The notes: generated from the sequence alone by a model not told the origin. Shown: positions 27,786 to 37,338, counted from the first letter of the stretch. The stretch is DNA of 64,000 nucleotides from Candidatus Heimdallarchaeota archaeon (GCA_030614005.1 JAUWKS010000002.1:96101-160100); one strand, 5' to 3'. Translations and numbers: made by a program.

Positions 27786-28231
27786 GTTTAACAACAACTG
27801 AATGGATAACAATAGGATTTAGTATAACCAATACACTACTTGCTTTTGCAGTTTTCATATATATATGGTATACAAACAAGACAAAAGGTCCTAGAATATC
27901 TATTGTTGATTATATCTCAAGAAAAATGGATTCTGATGAGATAACTATTAATTTTCGATATGTAAATAGTGGAGATACAAAAACTATTTTGATTTTTACT
28001 GGGTTTATTGAATTTAGAGATCAAGCATTTGAAAGTTCAGTTACAAAAAAAGAAGCAATAAGTCCAGTAAAAGAGATACAACAAAATCATGTACATTTTA
28101 AAAATTCACTTCCGCAAGGGGGGATTGTAATCGATGAGACAATATTACAAATTAGAGGATATTATTTTGATCATAATGGAAAGAAGAAAAAATTAAAACA
28201 AAAACCAATTCAACTAAATGAAATAAAGTAA
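27782..28231 (+). CDS. Membrane-anchored hypothetical protein
   Basis: 149 aa with an N-terminal TM helix. Its start overlaps the AbrB-2 stop by 4 nt. Confidence 0.4.
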   Translation: MSLTTTEWITIGFSITNTLLAFAVFIYIWYTNKTKGPRISIVDYISRKMDSDEITINFRYVNSGDTKTILIFTGFIEFRDQAFESSVTKKEAISPVKEIQQNHVHFKNSLPQGGIVIDETILQIRGYYFDHNGKKKKLKQKPIQLNEIK

Positions 28232-28282
28232 ATTTCGTGGTGTTCTTATTTTTCGTACAAATAAAGCTAAGAGGAACGAGAC

Positions 28283-29857
28283 TTGACAGTACTCAATTGG
28301 CAGAATGATCCAATATACTTTGATGATGTATCTAAAGAAGTCAATCACTGGATAAATGCCAATGAGTTGATGGAAAATAATCGACAAGTGGAGATCTTTC
28401 TTCCAAACACAGAAACACTCAATCTTTTCCCGATCCTAGTACGAAGAGCGGATTTTCTCCGGGTAAACTCTTCCGATCGCATCCTTGCCAGGTTGCCTTT
28501 CATACAGCTTACAGAGAAGGAAAAGGTACTATTCAAAAACCAAGAATTACTCGTATCCGAAAAATTGCGTGATTACTTTTACCAATCTGATAATCGCAAG
28601 ATCCTTGAGTGGCGAGACATCCTTCGGAACTATCTTGAGCGTGGAGCCATTCCTTTACCGTTCTTCCGTTGTTATCCTGATGAGTGGGGGCTCGATTTCC
28701 AAGACCGAATCCTTGAATTCTCTCGAGGGGAAACTTTTGCAATGCCTACTAGGTTAACTACTGAGCTTGCTTATCTTTGTGGCATGGTCAATGGTGATGG
28801 CAATCTCACTAAATATGTTCTCAATATTGTTGATTATTCCATTGAAAACATTCGACAGTTAAAGGAACAGTTCGAACGATTATTCCAACAAACAGGAAGG
28901 ATTCAACTACAAACGGAGAATTGCCCAAAACTCATTATTACTAATCTCTGGGTTGCACGTTTATTTTCCTTTCTTACGGATCAACCAATTGGTGGTAAGA
29001 AGTACAGTAATTTACGTGGACCACTACTCTTTCTAGAGCAACCCTTACGTTCGCACTATTGGTCGGGAGTTATGGATGCGGATGGAAGTTATACTAATAG
29101 AAACATTACATTTACAAGTGCAAGTAAAAATTATACGCAAGATTTTATCTCATTTATGAAATCAATAAGTATTCTAGCAAAACAGTATTCGAGAAATGAT
29201 GGAACGTTTCAAGTATATATTTCAAGAAAATTTCATGATATATACAAGTCACAATTATTATGTTTACACCCTGAAGAGAAATTACAATTTAATAAATTAC
29301 AAAAGGGAATCAGTAAAAACTATGGTGTACGAATCAGAAAAAAATTTGTTGATTTTGATAAAGATAAGATGATAAACGGTTTTTTTGACTTTAGATTCCT
29401 TACACAAGTCCATATTATTGGCTTAGGAGATTTTCTTCGAATCGAAAGAGAAACTAAAACCTTAAAGTCCTTTTCAAAAGAATTAGGAGTGAGTGATAGT
29501 TTTCTCTCAATGCTTGAAAACGAAAGAAGTGCAATACCAATTGAATTATTATTGAAAATCCTTCAAAGAAAAAATAAACAATTAATGCATTTTCTTTTGT
29601 TAAATAAACAACACATTCTCTATAGAAAGGGAAGTTCCAAACCTATTAAATTAAATTTGAAACCTAACAAAGAGCTTCTCTATTTGGCTACAAAAATGAC
29701 TTTCCACAAAGCTTCTATTAGTTTACCTTTAAAAAAGCAAGATTTACAAGATAAAATTACAGACCGTTTTGGAGTTATTATAAAGAAAAATAGAATTGAT
29801 AATAAATTACTTCTCTATTATTTTACTACTTTTTGTAAGCTAAAAAAAATTGATTGA
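28283..29857 (+). CDS. LAGLIDADG-motif protein with C-terminal HTH, paralog 1 (TTG start)
   Basis: 524 aa with two LAGLIDADG-like motifs (LAYLCGMVNGDGNL; HYWSGVMDADGSY) and a C-terminal XRE-like HTH (KELGVSDSFLSMLENERSAIPIELLLKIL). Paralogs at 31689-33260 and 46645-48273. Confidence 0.6.
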   Translation: MTVLNWQNDPIYFDDVSKEVNHWINANELMENNRQVEIFLPNTETLNLFPILVRRADFLRVNSSDRILARLPFIQLTEKEKVLFKNQELLVSEKLRDYFYQSDNRKILEWRDILRNYLERGAIPLPFFRCYPDEWGLDFQDRILEFSRGETFAMPTRLTTELAYLCGMVNGDGNLTKYVLNIVDYSIENIRQLKEQFERLFQQTGRIQLQTENCPKLIITNLWVARLFSFLTDQPIGGKKYSNLRGPLLFLEQPLRSHYWSGVMDADGSYTNRNITFTSASKNYTQDFISFMKSISILAKQYSRNDGTFQVYISRKFHDIYKSQLLCLHPEEKLQFNKLQKGISKNYGVRIRKKFVDFDKDKMINGFFDFRFLTQVHIIGLGDFLRIERETKTLKSFSKELGVSDSFLSMLENERSAIPIELLLKILQRKNKQLMHFLLLNKQHILYRKGSSKPIKLNLKPNKELLYLATKMTFHKASISLPLKKQDLQDKITDRFGVIIKKNRIDNKLLLYYFTTFCKLKKID

Positions 29858-29975
29858 AGAAATAAATTATAATATTTCAGAAACAATAGAAGTGAATTGA
29901 TTACTAACTATTTTTGAAATAAACTATTGGGTATTAGATATTAACTGTATACAACAACACAATAAAAACAATTCT

Positions 29976-30056
29976 AGCCATCTGCCCGTTACCAGGTTTC
30001 GCTATTGATGTTCTAGCGGTTATTTTTATTCGCTTAAATGTTCGAGAGACGTTCAT
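29976..30056 (-). pseudogene. Truncated Cas7-like gene remnant (N-terminal ~27 codons only)
   Basis: Reverse translation MNVSRTFKRIKITARTSIAKPGNGQMAR matches the N-terminus of 26729-27508 (MFVSRTFKRIKITVRTSIAKPGNGQMAR) with ~85% nucleotide identity, after which the homology ends. An AbrB-like gene lies divergently 124 nt away. Confidence 0.5.
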
Positions 30057-30180
30057 TTTTGTTCACCAATAAATTAAAGCATCATATTATTATGTTGTTA
30101 ATCATCATATATAAGCACTTCTCTGACCAATTTGAACAGCATTTTTAAATATTTTAAACCATCATTTATAGTGATTAGAT

Positions 30181-30357
30181 ATGGATGAAGAAAAAGATCC
30201 TAAAATTATCTTTAAGAGAAAAATAATCTTTAGCTCTGGAACACATCGGATTAGTATTCCATTAGAATTAGTTGAGGCACTCAATATTGAACCAGGAGAA
30301 GAAGTATTATGCTATCTTGATGGTTCAAAGAAGATAGTTTTTGAATTGACAAAGTAA
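30181..30357 (+). CDS. AbrB/SpoVT-family DNA-binding protein, copy 4 (next to Cas7 remnant)
   Basis: MDEEKDPKIIFKRKIIFSSGTHRISIPLELVEALNIEPGEEVLCYLDGSKKIVFELTK; 58 aa, below the ORF-track cutoff, homologous to the other AbrB-like copies. Confidence 0.6.
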   Translation: MDEEKDPKIIFKRKIIFSSGTHRISIPLELVEALNIEPGEEVLCYLDGSKKIVFELTK

Positions 30358-30407
30358 TAATTTAGAACAGATTTTACCACAATTATTTGTAGAGAGTATT
30401 TAATTTA

Positions 30408-31163
30408 TTATCCATCCAATTTCAACAATTCGAGTGTTTCAGCATCCAGGAGGGTTTCTAATTTTTCCAATTCTACTGTTACGTTTTCTCCTACTTCTTG
30501 ATAGTGACAAAGGGTACAATATGCTTTTAGTGGAACATCCTTAATCTTGATATGATATAATCCTTGACGATATTTGTAAGCTTCACCAGAATGCTTTGCT
30601 TCTAAAGTTTCGGATCTGCATAGAGGACATTTCTTTATATTGTATTCTTCTGGTTTTATTGTTCGAATCGATCGTAATTGCTTCTCCACCATATTGATGA
30701 TTTGTTCTTCTTGTTCCTCTACTTCCAAGCTAAATGATGTAGTCTTGCAAGTACTATTACTACATACTTGTGCAGGTTTTTGTTCTAAAATTAACTCATA
30801 GTTAGTACCTTGTATCCACGAGCTCACTGTTCTTTTTATCAATAATCCGTCTTTACACACATGACAGTATATACCCGTTCTTTTATCCACGTAAGATAAC
30901 AATTCAAGGATTGAGTCAAATTTGAGATTATATTTGGCATAATCAAAAATATTAATTTGATAATGAGTAATTGTATTTCTTAGGGTTCGCAAAGCATTTC
31001 TATCTTGTGGGGTTAATGGGGACCCCTCTAATTTTCTTTCATATTTCGTTAGTAATGCGTCTTTTTGTTTTTTTGTAATATATTCTTTTTTAAGAGCATC
31101 TTCTATAATTTCTCTAAATTTCTCCTCTTCTTTGCCTGCGAATATTTGTGTCATTTCTCTCAC
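30408..31163 (-). CDS. Zinc-finger protein, hypothetical
   Basis: 251 aa containing several Cys pairs (CHVCKDG; CSNSTC; CPLCRS; CTLCHY). Confidence 0.4.
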   Translation of the reverse strand: MREMTQIFAGKEEEKFREIIEDALKKEYITKKQKDALLTKYERKLEGSPLTPQDRNALRTLRNTITHYQINIFDYAKYNLKFDSILELLSYVDKRTGIYCHVCKDGLLIKRTVSSWIQGTNYELILEQKPAQVCSNSTCKTTSFSLEVEEQEEQIINMVEKQLRSIRTIKPEEYNIKKCPLCRSETLEAKHSGEAYKYRQGLYHIKIKDVPLKAYCTLCHYQEVGENVTVELEKLETLLDAETLELLKLDG

Positions 31164-31290
31164 GGTTTTTTGGGGTTAAATGGTTAATATGGTTATTGTG
31201 TTTACTAGTAAGTAGTTATTTAAATATTTCCTACACATGTGTAAAATAAACATACACAAGTCTTAAATAGTTGTCCCCTTCTGTAAAAGT

Positions 31291-31605
31291 ATGAACAATT
31301 TGAGAGAAAAGGTAAAAGAGTTTGCTATTCGCTTTCAGAGAGGACATGGAGAGCTTCGTTGGAGAGAGCGAAGTATACCACCAGATGAAATTGAGGATAT
31401 TGTTCGACAATGGGATGTTATTGACGACACAAAAGATGGACGGTACTTGTTATGGGGGGAGTTAGATAATAAACGTATAATACATATACCTTGTTTTCTG
31501 GACATGCAAACTAAAATAATATGGGTACTAACAGTTTATTATCCGGATGATGAGAATTTCACAATGGAATCTAATTATAGAGTAAGGAAAACGATAAGCA
31601 AATAG
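31291..31605 (+). CDS. DUF4258-like (toxin-like) protein
   Basis: 104 aa; FAIRFQRGHGELRWRERSIPPDEIEDIV...RIIHIP...IIWVLTVYYPDD fits the DUF4258 pattern (hA..Rm.eR.I...ei..vl ... vITvy.P). Pattern-level call. Confidence 0.4.
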   Translation: MNNLREKVKEFAIRFQRGHGELRWRERSIPPDEIEDIVRQWDVIDDTKDGRYLLWGELDNKRIIHIPCFLDMQTKIIWVLTVYYPDDENFTMESNYRVRKTISK

Positions 31606-31688
31606 ATTGTATTAGAAACAAATTTTTGCAGTATTTTTAGAGAAGAGTATTTATTCCTCATTTAACCAAAGCTGCTGAGGAAAAATAA

Positions 31689-33260
31689 TTGACGGTACTC
31701 AATTGGCAAACGGATCCAATTTATTTTGATGTTGAGGATAAACCGGTCAATCAATGGATAAATGCCAATGAGTTAATAGAAAGCAATCATAGAGAAGAGA
31801 TCTTTCTTAATAGCATTAGTATTCTCAATCTGTTTCCTATCCTCGTTCGCAGGGCTGATTTTGTGCGGGAAAACCATTCTGACCGTATCCTTGCCCGTTT
31901 ACCATTTGTGCAGCTAACTGAGGAGGAAAAAGAATTTGTCAGTAATCAAGATCTTCTCGTCGCTGAGAAATTGCGTGATTATTTTTATCAATCGGATAAT
32001 CGTAAGATCCTTGAATGGAGGGATGTTTTGCGAAAGTATCTCGAGCGAGGTGCTGTCCCCCTGCCCTTCTATCGCTGTTTTCCGGAAGACCTCGAACTTA
32101 ATTTCCATGAAAGAATCCTTGAATCCTCTCGAGGGGAAACGTTTGGTATGCCCACTACTTTGACTAATGAATTAGCCTACCTTTGTGGTATGGTCAATGG
32201 TGATGGTAGTCTCACTAAATATGTCCTCAATATCATAGATTATTCCATAGAAAATATTAGACAACTAAAAGAACAGTTCGAGCGATTATTCCGGCAAACT
32301 GGTAGAATTCAGATGCAAACTGAGAACAGCCCTGCTTTAATTATCACTAATCTTTGGGTTGTCCGCTTTTTCTCGTTTCTGACAGATCAACCAATAGGAG
32401 GAAAGAAATATCAAAATCTTAGTGAACCACTCCTTCTCCAAGAACAACCATTCCGTTCCCATTATTGGTCTGGTGTGATGGATGCAGACGGGAGTTATGC
32501 AAATGGAGGAATTTCTTTTACTTCTGCCAGTAAACATTATGCAAAGAAATTCAGTGATTTTCTGGAATCACTGACAATAAAACCAACTTTTTTTGACCGT
32601 CCAGATAACACTTTTCGAGTTTATATTCCTCGAAAGTTCAATTTATTGTATAAGAGCAAAATGTTTAGTTTCCATCCTGAAAAGAGATTAGAATTCCAAA
32701 AGCTGAAAGAAGGAAGAGAGAAAAAAGCTAAAGTAACATATCTATTTCAAGAATTTAATCAAAATACTATGAGAAATAATTATTTTGATTTTAGTTTAAT
32801 GATAGACATACAAGTCACTGGATTAGGAGAGTATCTAAAAGAAACTCGAAATAACTTAACTCAACATGAATTTGCTCAGAAAATAGATGTAAGTACGAAG
32901 ACACTTCAATTGATGGAAAAAAATAGAAGTGCAATTTCCCTTAATACTCTAGAAAAAATTCTGTTAAAGCAAAAAAAATCCTTGATGCAATTTTTAATGT
33001 TCTATGGACGTCAAATCCAATTTAGAAGATTTAGAGCTCCACCAGTGTTTCTTGATTACAGACCATCTAATCAATTGAAATATTTTGCTAAAAAAATGTT
33101 GTTTTTTAAAAATCATATTCGAATTGATAGCAAAGATAAGAAATTGAATTCCCAAATTGAAAATCATTTTGGTATAAAGATAGAAAACAATGTCATTAAC
33201 AATGGGGTTATTAGATACTTTTTCAAAACATTTTGCAATCTTACAAAACAAGAAGACTAG
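31689..33260 (+). CDS. LAGLIDADG-motif protein with C-terminal HTH, paralog 2 (TTG start)
   Basis: 523 aa, collinear with paralog 1 (LAYLCGMVNGDGSL; HYWSGVMDADGSY). The N-terminal third is ~80% identical to paralog 1 at nucleotide level. Confidence 0.6.
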   Translation: MTVLNWQTDPIYFDVEDKPVNQWINANELIESNHREEIFLNSISILNLFPILVRRADFVRENHSDRILARLPFVQLTEEEKEFVSNQDLLVAEKLRDYFYQSDNRKILEWRDVLRKYLERGAVPLPFYRCFPEDLELNFHERILESSRGETFGMPTTLTNELAYLCGMVNGDGSLTKYVLNIIDYSIENIRQLKEQFERLFRQTGRIQMQTENSPALIITNLWVVRFFSFLTDQPIGGKKYQNLSEPLLLQEQPFRSHYWSGVMDADGSYANGGISFTSASKHYAKKFSDFLESLTIKPTFFDRPDNTFRVYIPRKFNLLYKSKMFSFHPEKRLEFQKLKEGREKKAKVTYLFQEFNQNTMRNNYFDFSLMIDIQVTGLGEYLKETRNNLTQHEFAQKIDVSTKTLQLMEKNRSAISLNTLEKILLKQKKSLMQFLMFYGRQIQFRRFRAPPVFLDYRPSNQLKYFAKKMLFFKNHIRIDSKDKKLNSQIENHFGIKIENNVINNGVIRYFFKTFCNLTKQED

Positions 33261-33688
33261 CTTAATTAGGATTATTTTAAGTAATGTTATTAGAAAAAAG
33301 TAAATAACTTATAGCTCTGCTATCGCAGATTCGCGGTCACTACAAGCCCACTTACAGTGGTCTTGCTTAACGTTCTAGCGCGAGATTCTATTAAATACTA
33401 TATCTCAAAAGAAAAAATGATGAATAAAAATGAGTAGTGGTATGTTCAATACAACAAGAATAAAAACTTTGGAAAGTCAATTAAAAGAAGTTATAGAAAA
33501 GCTCGAATTACTTGAGAAAAGAATTACAGCACTAGAATCCAAGTGAAATTTTTCTACAAAGTTTATTTGTTTTTTAAATAGAAATGCAATCCGATGAAAC
33601 TAATATACAAGAGGGGTTTATTTAGTCAGGAGAAGGGCTAAGAAAGGGAAAAAAGGCATTCTTAGAGCGGAGAGAGTGGGTAAAAGAA

Positions 33689-33803
33689 TCGGATTTCGGA
33701 ATTTTTTACTAGTGAACGAAAAAAGCGAAAAATAGAGTATAAGGATGTCAGTTTTCGGATTTTTTTACGGGTATTTTTTGGGTATTTTGGAATTTTTTAC
33801 GCG
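33689..33803. repeat. Iteron-like direct repeats upstream of the Cas1-like operon
   Basis: Three copies of TTT(C/T)GGA(A/T)TTTTTTAC lie at 33694-33709, 33753-33768 and 33785-33800. Two gggtattttt(t)g sub-repeats sit between them. The region lies 50-160 nt upstream of the operon's first gene. Confidence 0.4.
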
Positions 33804-33853
33804 TTTAGAGGTTTATAATCAATATTTCTTAGTGAGTATTTGGAGTAATCTTT

Positions 33854-34639
33854 ATGTCGGTTAAGAAAAGTCTTATCTTGATGGAGGGGGATAGGTATAG
33901 TTTCGCTGAGTTGAACATCAACGTTAAACTCACTCCTGTTATGGAGGAGGTGCTATGGACTCTCCAAGTGTTGTTTATCCTACTTTTCACATCATCTTTT
34001 ATCAATATAGTAAAATTTCTTTGTCGGTTTTTGAACCGTTCACCTAAAGCTATTGGTTCTACCTTGCAATCCCTTGCAGATCTTGGTCTTATTGACTATT
34101 ATCGTTCTGGTCGCAGTCGAGTGGTCAAACTTCACTTCGAACACCCATTTCTTGCAAGTTCTCTGTTCCGGTTCTTTGGTTTCAATACCTGGTTACTAGA
34201 CCAAAAGAGTGCAATAAGCGAGGGTGACCATCATCTCTTTGGCTTTCTTCCATCAGAGAAGAATGTCCAAAAGTTCTTTGCTTTCCTGCAACTAAAAGAA
34301 CAACAGCTAGATGCTAAGATTGCTGATTATCAAGAGTGGATTGATTGGGTGCTGAAAGTAGAATATACAGTAACTACTGCAAAAGATGTCCTTGTTGAAG
34401 ATTCAGAAGAGACGGCTGAACATCCTATTCATTTGTTCGCTGAGGAGATCGTCTCTCGAATTAAACAAGCAGAAGTTCCTCAAGTAAACCATCTAGACAT
34501 CATAAAACTCACTAATGTTATTCTCTCTGTTTTTGCTGATTATCGAGAGGAACCACCCTGGATTGACGAGGCCTATCTCCGGCAACAAGCTTTTCTGAAA
34601 GGTGACGAACAATTGGAGGGATTGTATGAGAACAAATAA
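33854..34639 (+). CDS. Winged-helix-containing hypothetical protein (first gene of Cas1-like operon)
   Basis: 261 aa with a wH-like segment (KAIGSTLQSLADLGLIDYYRSGRSRVVKL). It overlaps the next gene by 38 nt. Confidence 0.4.
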   Translation: MSVKKSLILMEGDRYSFAELNINVKLTPVMEEVLWTLQVLFILLFTSSFINIVKFLCRFLNRSPKAIGSTLQSLADLGLIDYYRSGRSRVVKLHFEHPFLASSLFRFFGFNTWLLDQKSAISEGDHHLFGFLPSEKNVQKFFAFLQLKEQQLDAKIADYQEWIDWVLKVEYTVTTAKDVLVEDSEETAEHPIHLFAEEIVSRIKQAEVPQVNHLDIIKLTNVILSVFADYREEPPWIDEAYLRQQAFLKGDEQLEGLYENK

Positions 34640-36626
34640 GAACGAGCTCCGTGATTTGGTTGCCTCTTGGGTGGATGCCCTTGATGGTCCTGCTCAAGCT
34701 GTCTCGAGTAAGGAGCTTACTATTCGTTTAGATAAAAGTCATTCTCACATTTGTCAGATTTTACGAACCCTTGCTGTTCAGGGAAGAATTACCTATATCA
34801 ACGGCAAGCGTTCTCTTGACCGTTCTGTTCGACTATATTATAGTGCTGAATGCTCTACTGAAGAAGAAAGTTCATTTTGTAGCCGTCCCACTTGTGGCTC
34901 TTGTCAGTGGTTATCGGAAATCCAGAGATGTATCTTATTGGATCTTGTTTTTGAAAGCAATCCTTCTGTTTTACCACCCGAGTTGAAACTAAGAGCTTAT
35001 GTACAGGAAATACCGCTTAATGCCCCTTGCTGTGATCATTTCGATAAACGAGTTGCAGGGCAAGTAAAGAGCAGACATATGTCTCGTTTTATTCGTGAGA
35101 ATACTGATGGTTCACTCTTTCTTTGTCCAATTGAACGTTGTCGTCAAGTTATCGATGAATTCAGTTTCTACCTTCAAACTATCAATCTTGGTTCTAGTAC
35201 TTTTTATTGTCCTCATTGTGGCAGCCCAATGGTCTTTGGGTATGATGAACGGTTTGATGATTATCGCGTCTTTTACTGGGATAGTCATTTTGATATCCTT
35301 CAGCAGAGCTTTTTCGAGTTAACTGGTACAACACTAACTCGAGAGAAGAAGCAAAAGGATGAAGTAAAGGTTGGTATATCCATCATTAAACCGAACAGTT
35401 TCACTCCTGATACTAAACTAGAGAATTTGTTTATTGGTAGCAAGACCTCTCCGGAAGAATTGGTATTCTCCAAAGATTTGACCTTCTTTCCATTTAGAAA
35501 AATAGGTTATATCTACTCCAAGCATTGGGAAGATTATTTCACACTCAAAGACTCATTGCATCCCATTGATCCTGTAAAAGGACGGAAGCTCTATCAAAAT
35601 ATCGAATTATTTCCTCCTATTGATCCAATAAAAAGTGTTGAACCTATTGCTCGAGAGGTTGGTGGAAATGAATTACTCATTGCTAGTGGTTTTCTTACTT
35701 TCCCATCTTTTCAGGCTAATCTGACCACTCGAGTAGCTTTGATTGAATCGAAAATAAGAGAATTTGTTGATTTGGATCTGAAAGGATTCTTTACTGAATC
35801 TCTTCAGCAAATGAAAGATACTATACGCAGCTACCAACACTTACGTGTTCTAGATCACTTACAATGGCAAAGATATGAAGGAGGAGTTAGTAGTTTAATG
35901 ATCGAAGCTCTTAAGCGCGAAGCACAGAAATATGGCTTTCTTACACCTGCCCGATCGAAATCTCGTATGGTACGTTATGATCGTTTTCTTCCTTTTGGCT
36001 TATATTATGCTCGTTCTGCTTATGATTCTTTAATCAATGGTGTCAATCATGTTATCACAACAATTTTGAAAAAAGACATCTACAATGAAATCTCTCTTGC
36101 GTGGGATGGATTACGTGGTTGGTGTCACAGAAAATACCCTATTGGTCTCTATTTAGATACTATTGAACAGGCGAAAATTATTGCTTGGCTTTGGATCCAT
36201 GAAGCAATACGAGACAGAGAAATTCAACCCAGTGATTTTCAAATCAGACGAGGAAAACGATATGAACTGTATTACTGCGTAATTCCGAATTCGAATCTTC
36301 ATACACTCATCAGAAAGATTGGTTTACAGGCACTGAAAACAACCATTCGCTTAGCAACAGGTGAAAGTATGAGTCTGAAACGAACATATGAGAAATATCT
36401 GAAACAGCAGAAAGAACTCATAAACAAATTTGCTATTCATTCTTCAGAATTATTATGCACTAATTTATCGGAAAATAAGCAAATCACTCTCTGGAAGAAA
36501 TTAGAGCAAACCAAGAATAGAGAACTATTAACCTACCAAGAACTACAACAATTACATTCATTCTCTCAAGAGTTCTTTACTAACGAGTTTTCTTTCGAAC
36601 CTTTGGCAATAGTTGAGGTGTGTTAG
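34602..36626 (+). CDS. Winged-helix + Zn-finger + Cas1-like integrase-fold fusion protein
   Basis: 674 aa. There is an N-terminal wH (HICQILRTLAVQGRITYINGKRSLDRSVRLYY), then several Cys pairs (CSRPTCGSC; CCDH; CPIERC; CPHCG). The C-terminal ~250 aa align to Cas1 core motifs. These are MIEALKREAQKYGF (E-site, cf. EGxAAR.YF), SLINGVNHVITTIL (cf. NALLSFGYTLL), ISLAWDGLRGWCH (cf. GLDPYLGFFH catalytic His) and LYLDTIEQAKIIAWLWIHEAIRDREIQPSDF (cf. LALDLMEEFRP..LVL.LLNRRELTADDF, catalytic Asp). Alignment was done by eye. Confidence 0.5.
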   Translation: MTNNWRDCMRTNKNELRDLVASWVDALDGPAQAVSSKELTIRLDKSHSHICQILRTLAVQGRITYINGKRSLDRSVRLYYSAECSTEEESSFCSRPTCGSCQWLSEIQRCILLDLVFESNPSVLPPELKLRAYVQEIPLNAPCCDHFDKRVAGQVKSRHMSRFIRENTDGSLFLCPIERCRQVIDEFSFYLQTINLGSSTFYCPHCGSPMVFGYDERFDDYRVFYWDSHFDILQQSFFELTGTTLTREKKQKDEVKVGISIIKPNSFTPDTKLENLFIGSKTSPEELVFSKDLTFFPFRKIGYIYSKHWEDYFTLKDSLHPIDPVKGRKLYQNIELFPPIDPIKSVEPIAREVGGNELLIASGFLTFPSFQANLTTRVALIESKIREFVDLDLKGFFTESLQQMKDTIRSYQHLRVLDHLQWQRYEGGVSSLMIEALKREAQKYGFLTPARSKSRMVRYDRFLPFGLYYARSAYDSLINGVNHVITTILKKDIYNEISLAWDGLRGWCHRKYPIGLYLDTIEQAKIIAWLWIHEAIRDREIQPSDFQIRRGKRYELYYCVIPNSNLHTLIRKIGLQALKTTIRLATGESMSLKRTYEKYLKQQKELINKFAIHSSELLCTNLSENKQITLWKKLEQTKNRELLTYQELQQLHSFSQEFFTNEFSFEPLAIVEVC

Positions 36627-37338
36627 TGGAGAAAGGAATATGAGCAATACAACTATAGAAATAGAGAATCCCCTGCAAAATTTGCATGAGAAGATCATTT
36701 ATCTGATTCAAAACAAGGACTTCAAAATAACAAAAGAAAAAAATCAAAGAATTCTAAGTGAAGCTATCAAGAAAATTGCTCAAAATGGATTTTTAAGAAC
36801 ACATGCTTTTCTTCACAATTGGTTGAGAGAATTTTTCGAAGAAGGAGAACTAACGAGTAAAAGCTTACTGAATATACGCTCTTCACTTCCTTGGTCCTGG
36901 GATCAGACCAAGAAGTATTTTGATGCACTTGAAAGAAATAAGGTATTGATTTACTCTCGAGACTCCATTGGGAAAAAGATTTGTACTCTCACTATTACAG
37001 ACCATTTGGGAGAGGGTGTAAATAGTATTCCAACCCAAGAGCTTCGGTTATTCTATTATCTAAAGTATCAGAAAAACATACCAACAGATGAATTTGCTAA
37101 TCTAAAATCGAGAATTGGAAATTACTATTCAAAACTAGAGAATTTTGAACAAATGAAATCAAAAGTAGAGAAAGAAAAAGAGAAATTTCAATCCACTGAG
37201 ATGAATCATATAAAATTGCTTGCAGAAGAAATTGCTACCTTTTATTGGCACAATAGAACAAAGAAGGGAATAGTCAATGATATAGAAGAAATGTTAGTGG
37301 AAAGACCAACAACCATCTTTTCTTTGGAATACAGGTAG
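36613..37338 (+). CDS. Hypothetical protein (possible winged-helix), third gene of operon
   Basis: 241 aa; overlaps its upstream neighbour by 14 nt and the downstream gene by 1 nt, so it is operonic. No recognisable Cas2 features. Confidence 0.4.
   Translation: MRCVSGERNMSNTTIEIENPLQNLHEKIIYLIQNKDFKITKEKNQRILSEAIKKIAQNGFLRTHAFLHNWLREFFEEGELTSKSLLNIRSSLPWSWDQTKKYFDALERNKVLIYSRDSIGKKICTLTITDHLGEGVNSIPTQELRLFYYLKYQKNIPTDEFANLKSRIGNYYSKLENFEQMKSKVEKEKEKFQSTEMNHIKLLAEEIATFYWHNRTKKGIVNDIEEMLVERPTTIFSLEYR

Noticed and set aside
36613-37338. Cas2 identity for the gene between the Cas1-like and Cas4-like genes
   Set aside because: At 241 aa it is far larger than Cas2, and it has no Cas2-like N-terminal beta-strand/Asp motif. 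The N-terminus of the following Cas4-like ORF (MRVMVVLDYEI) superficially resembles a Cas2 start, but it continues into a RecB-type nuclease.
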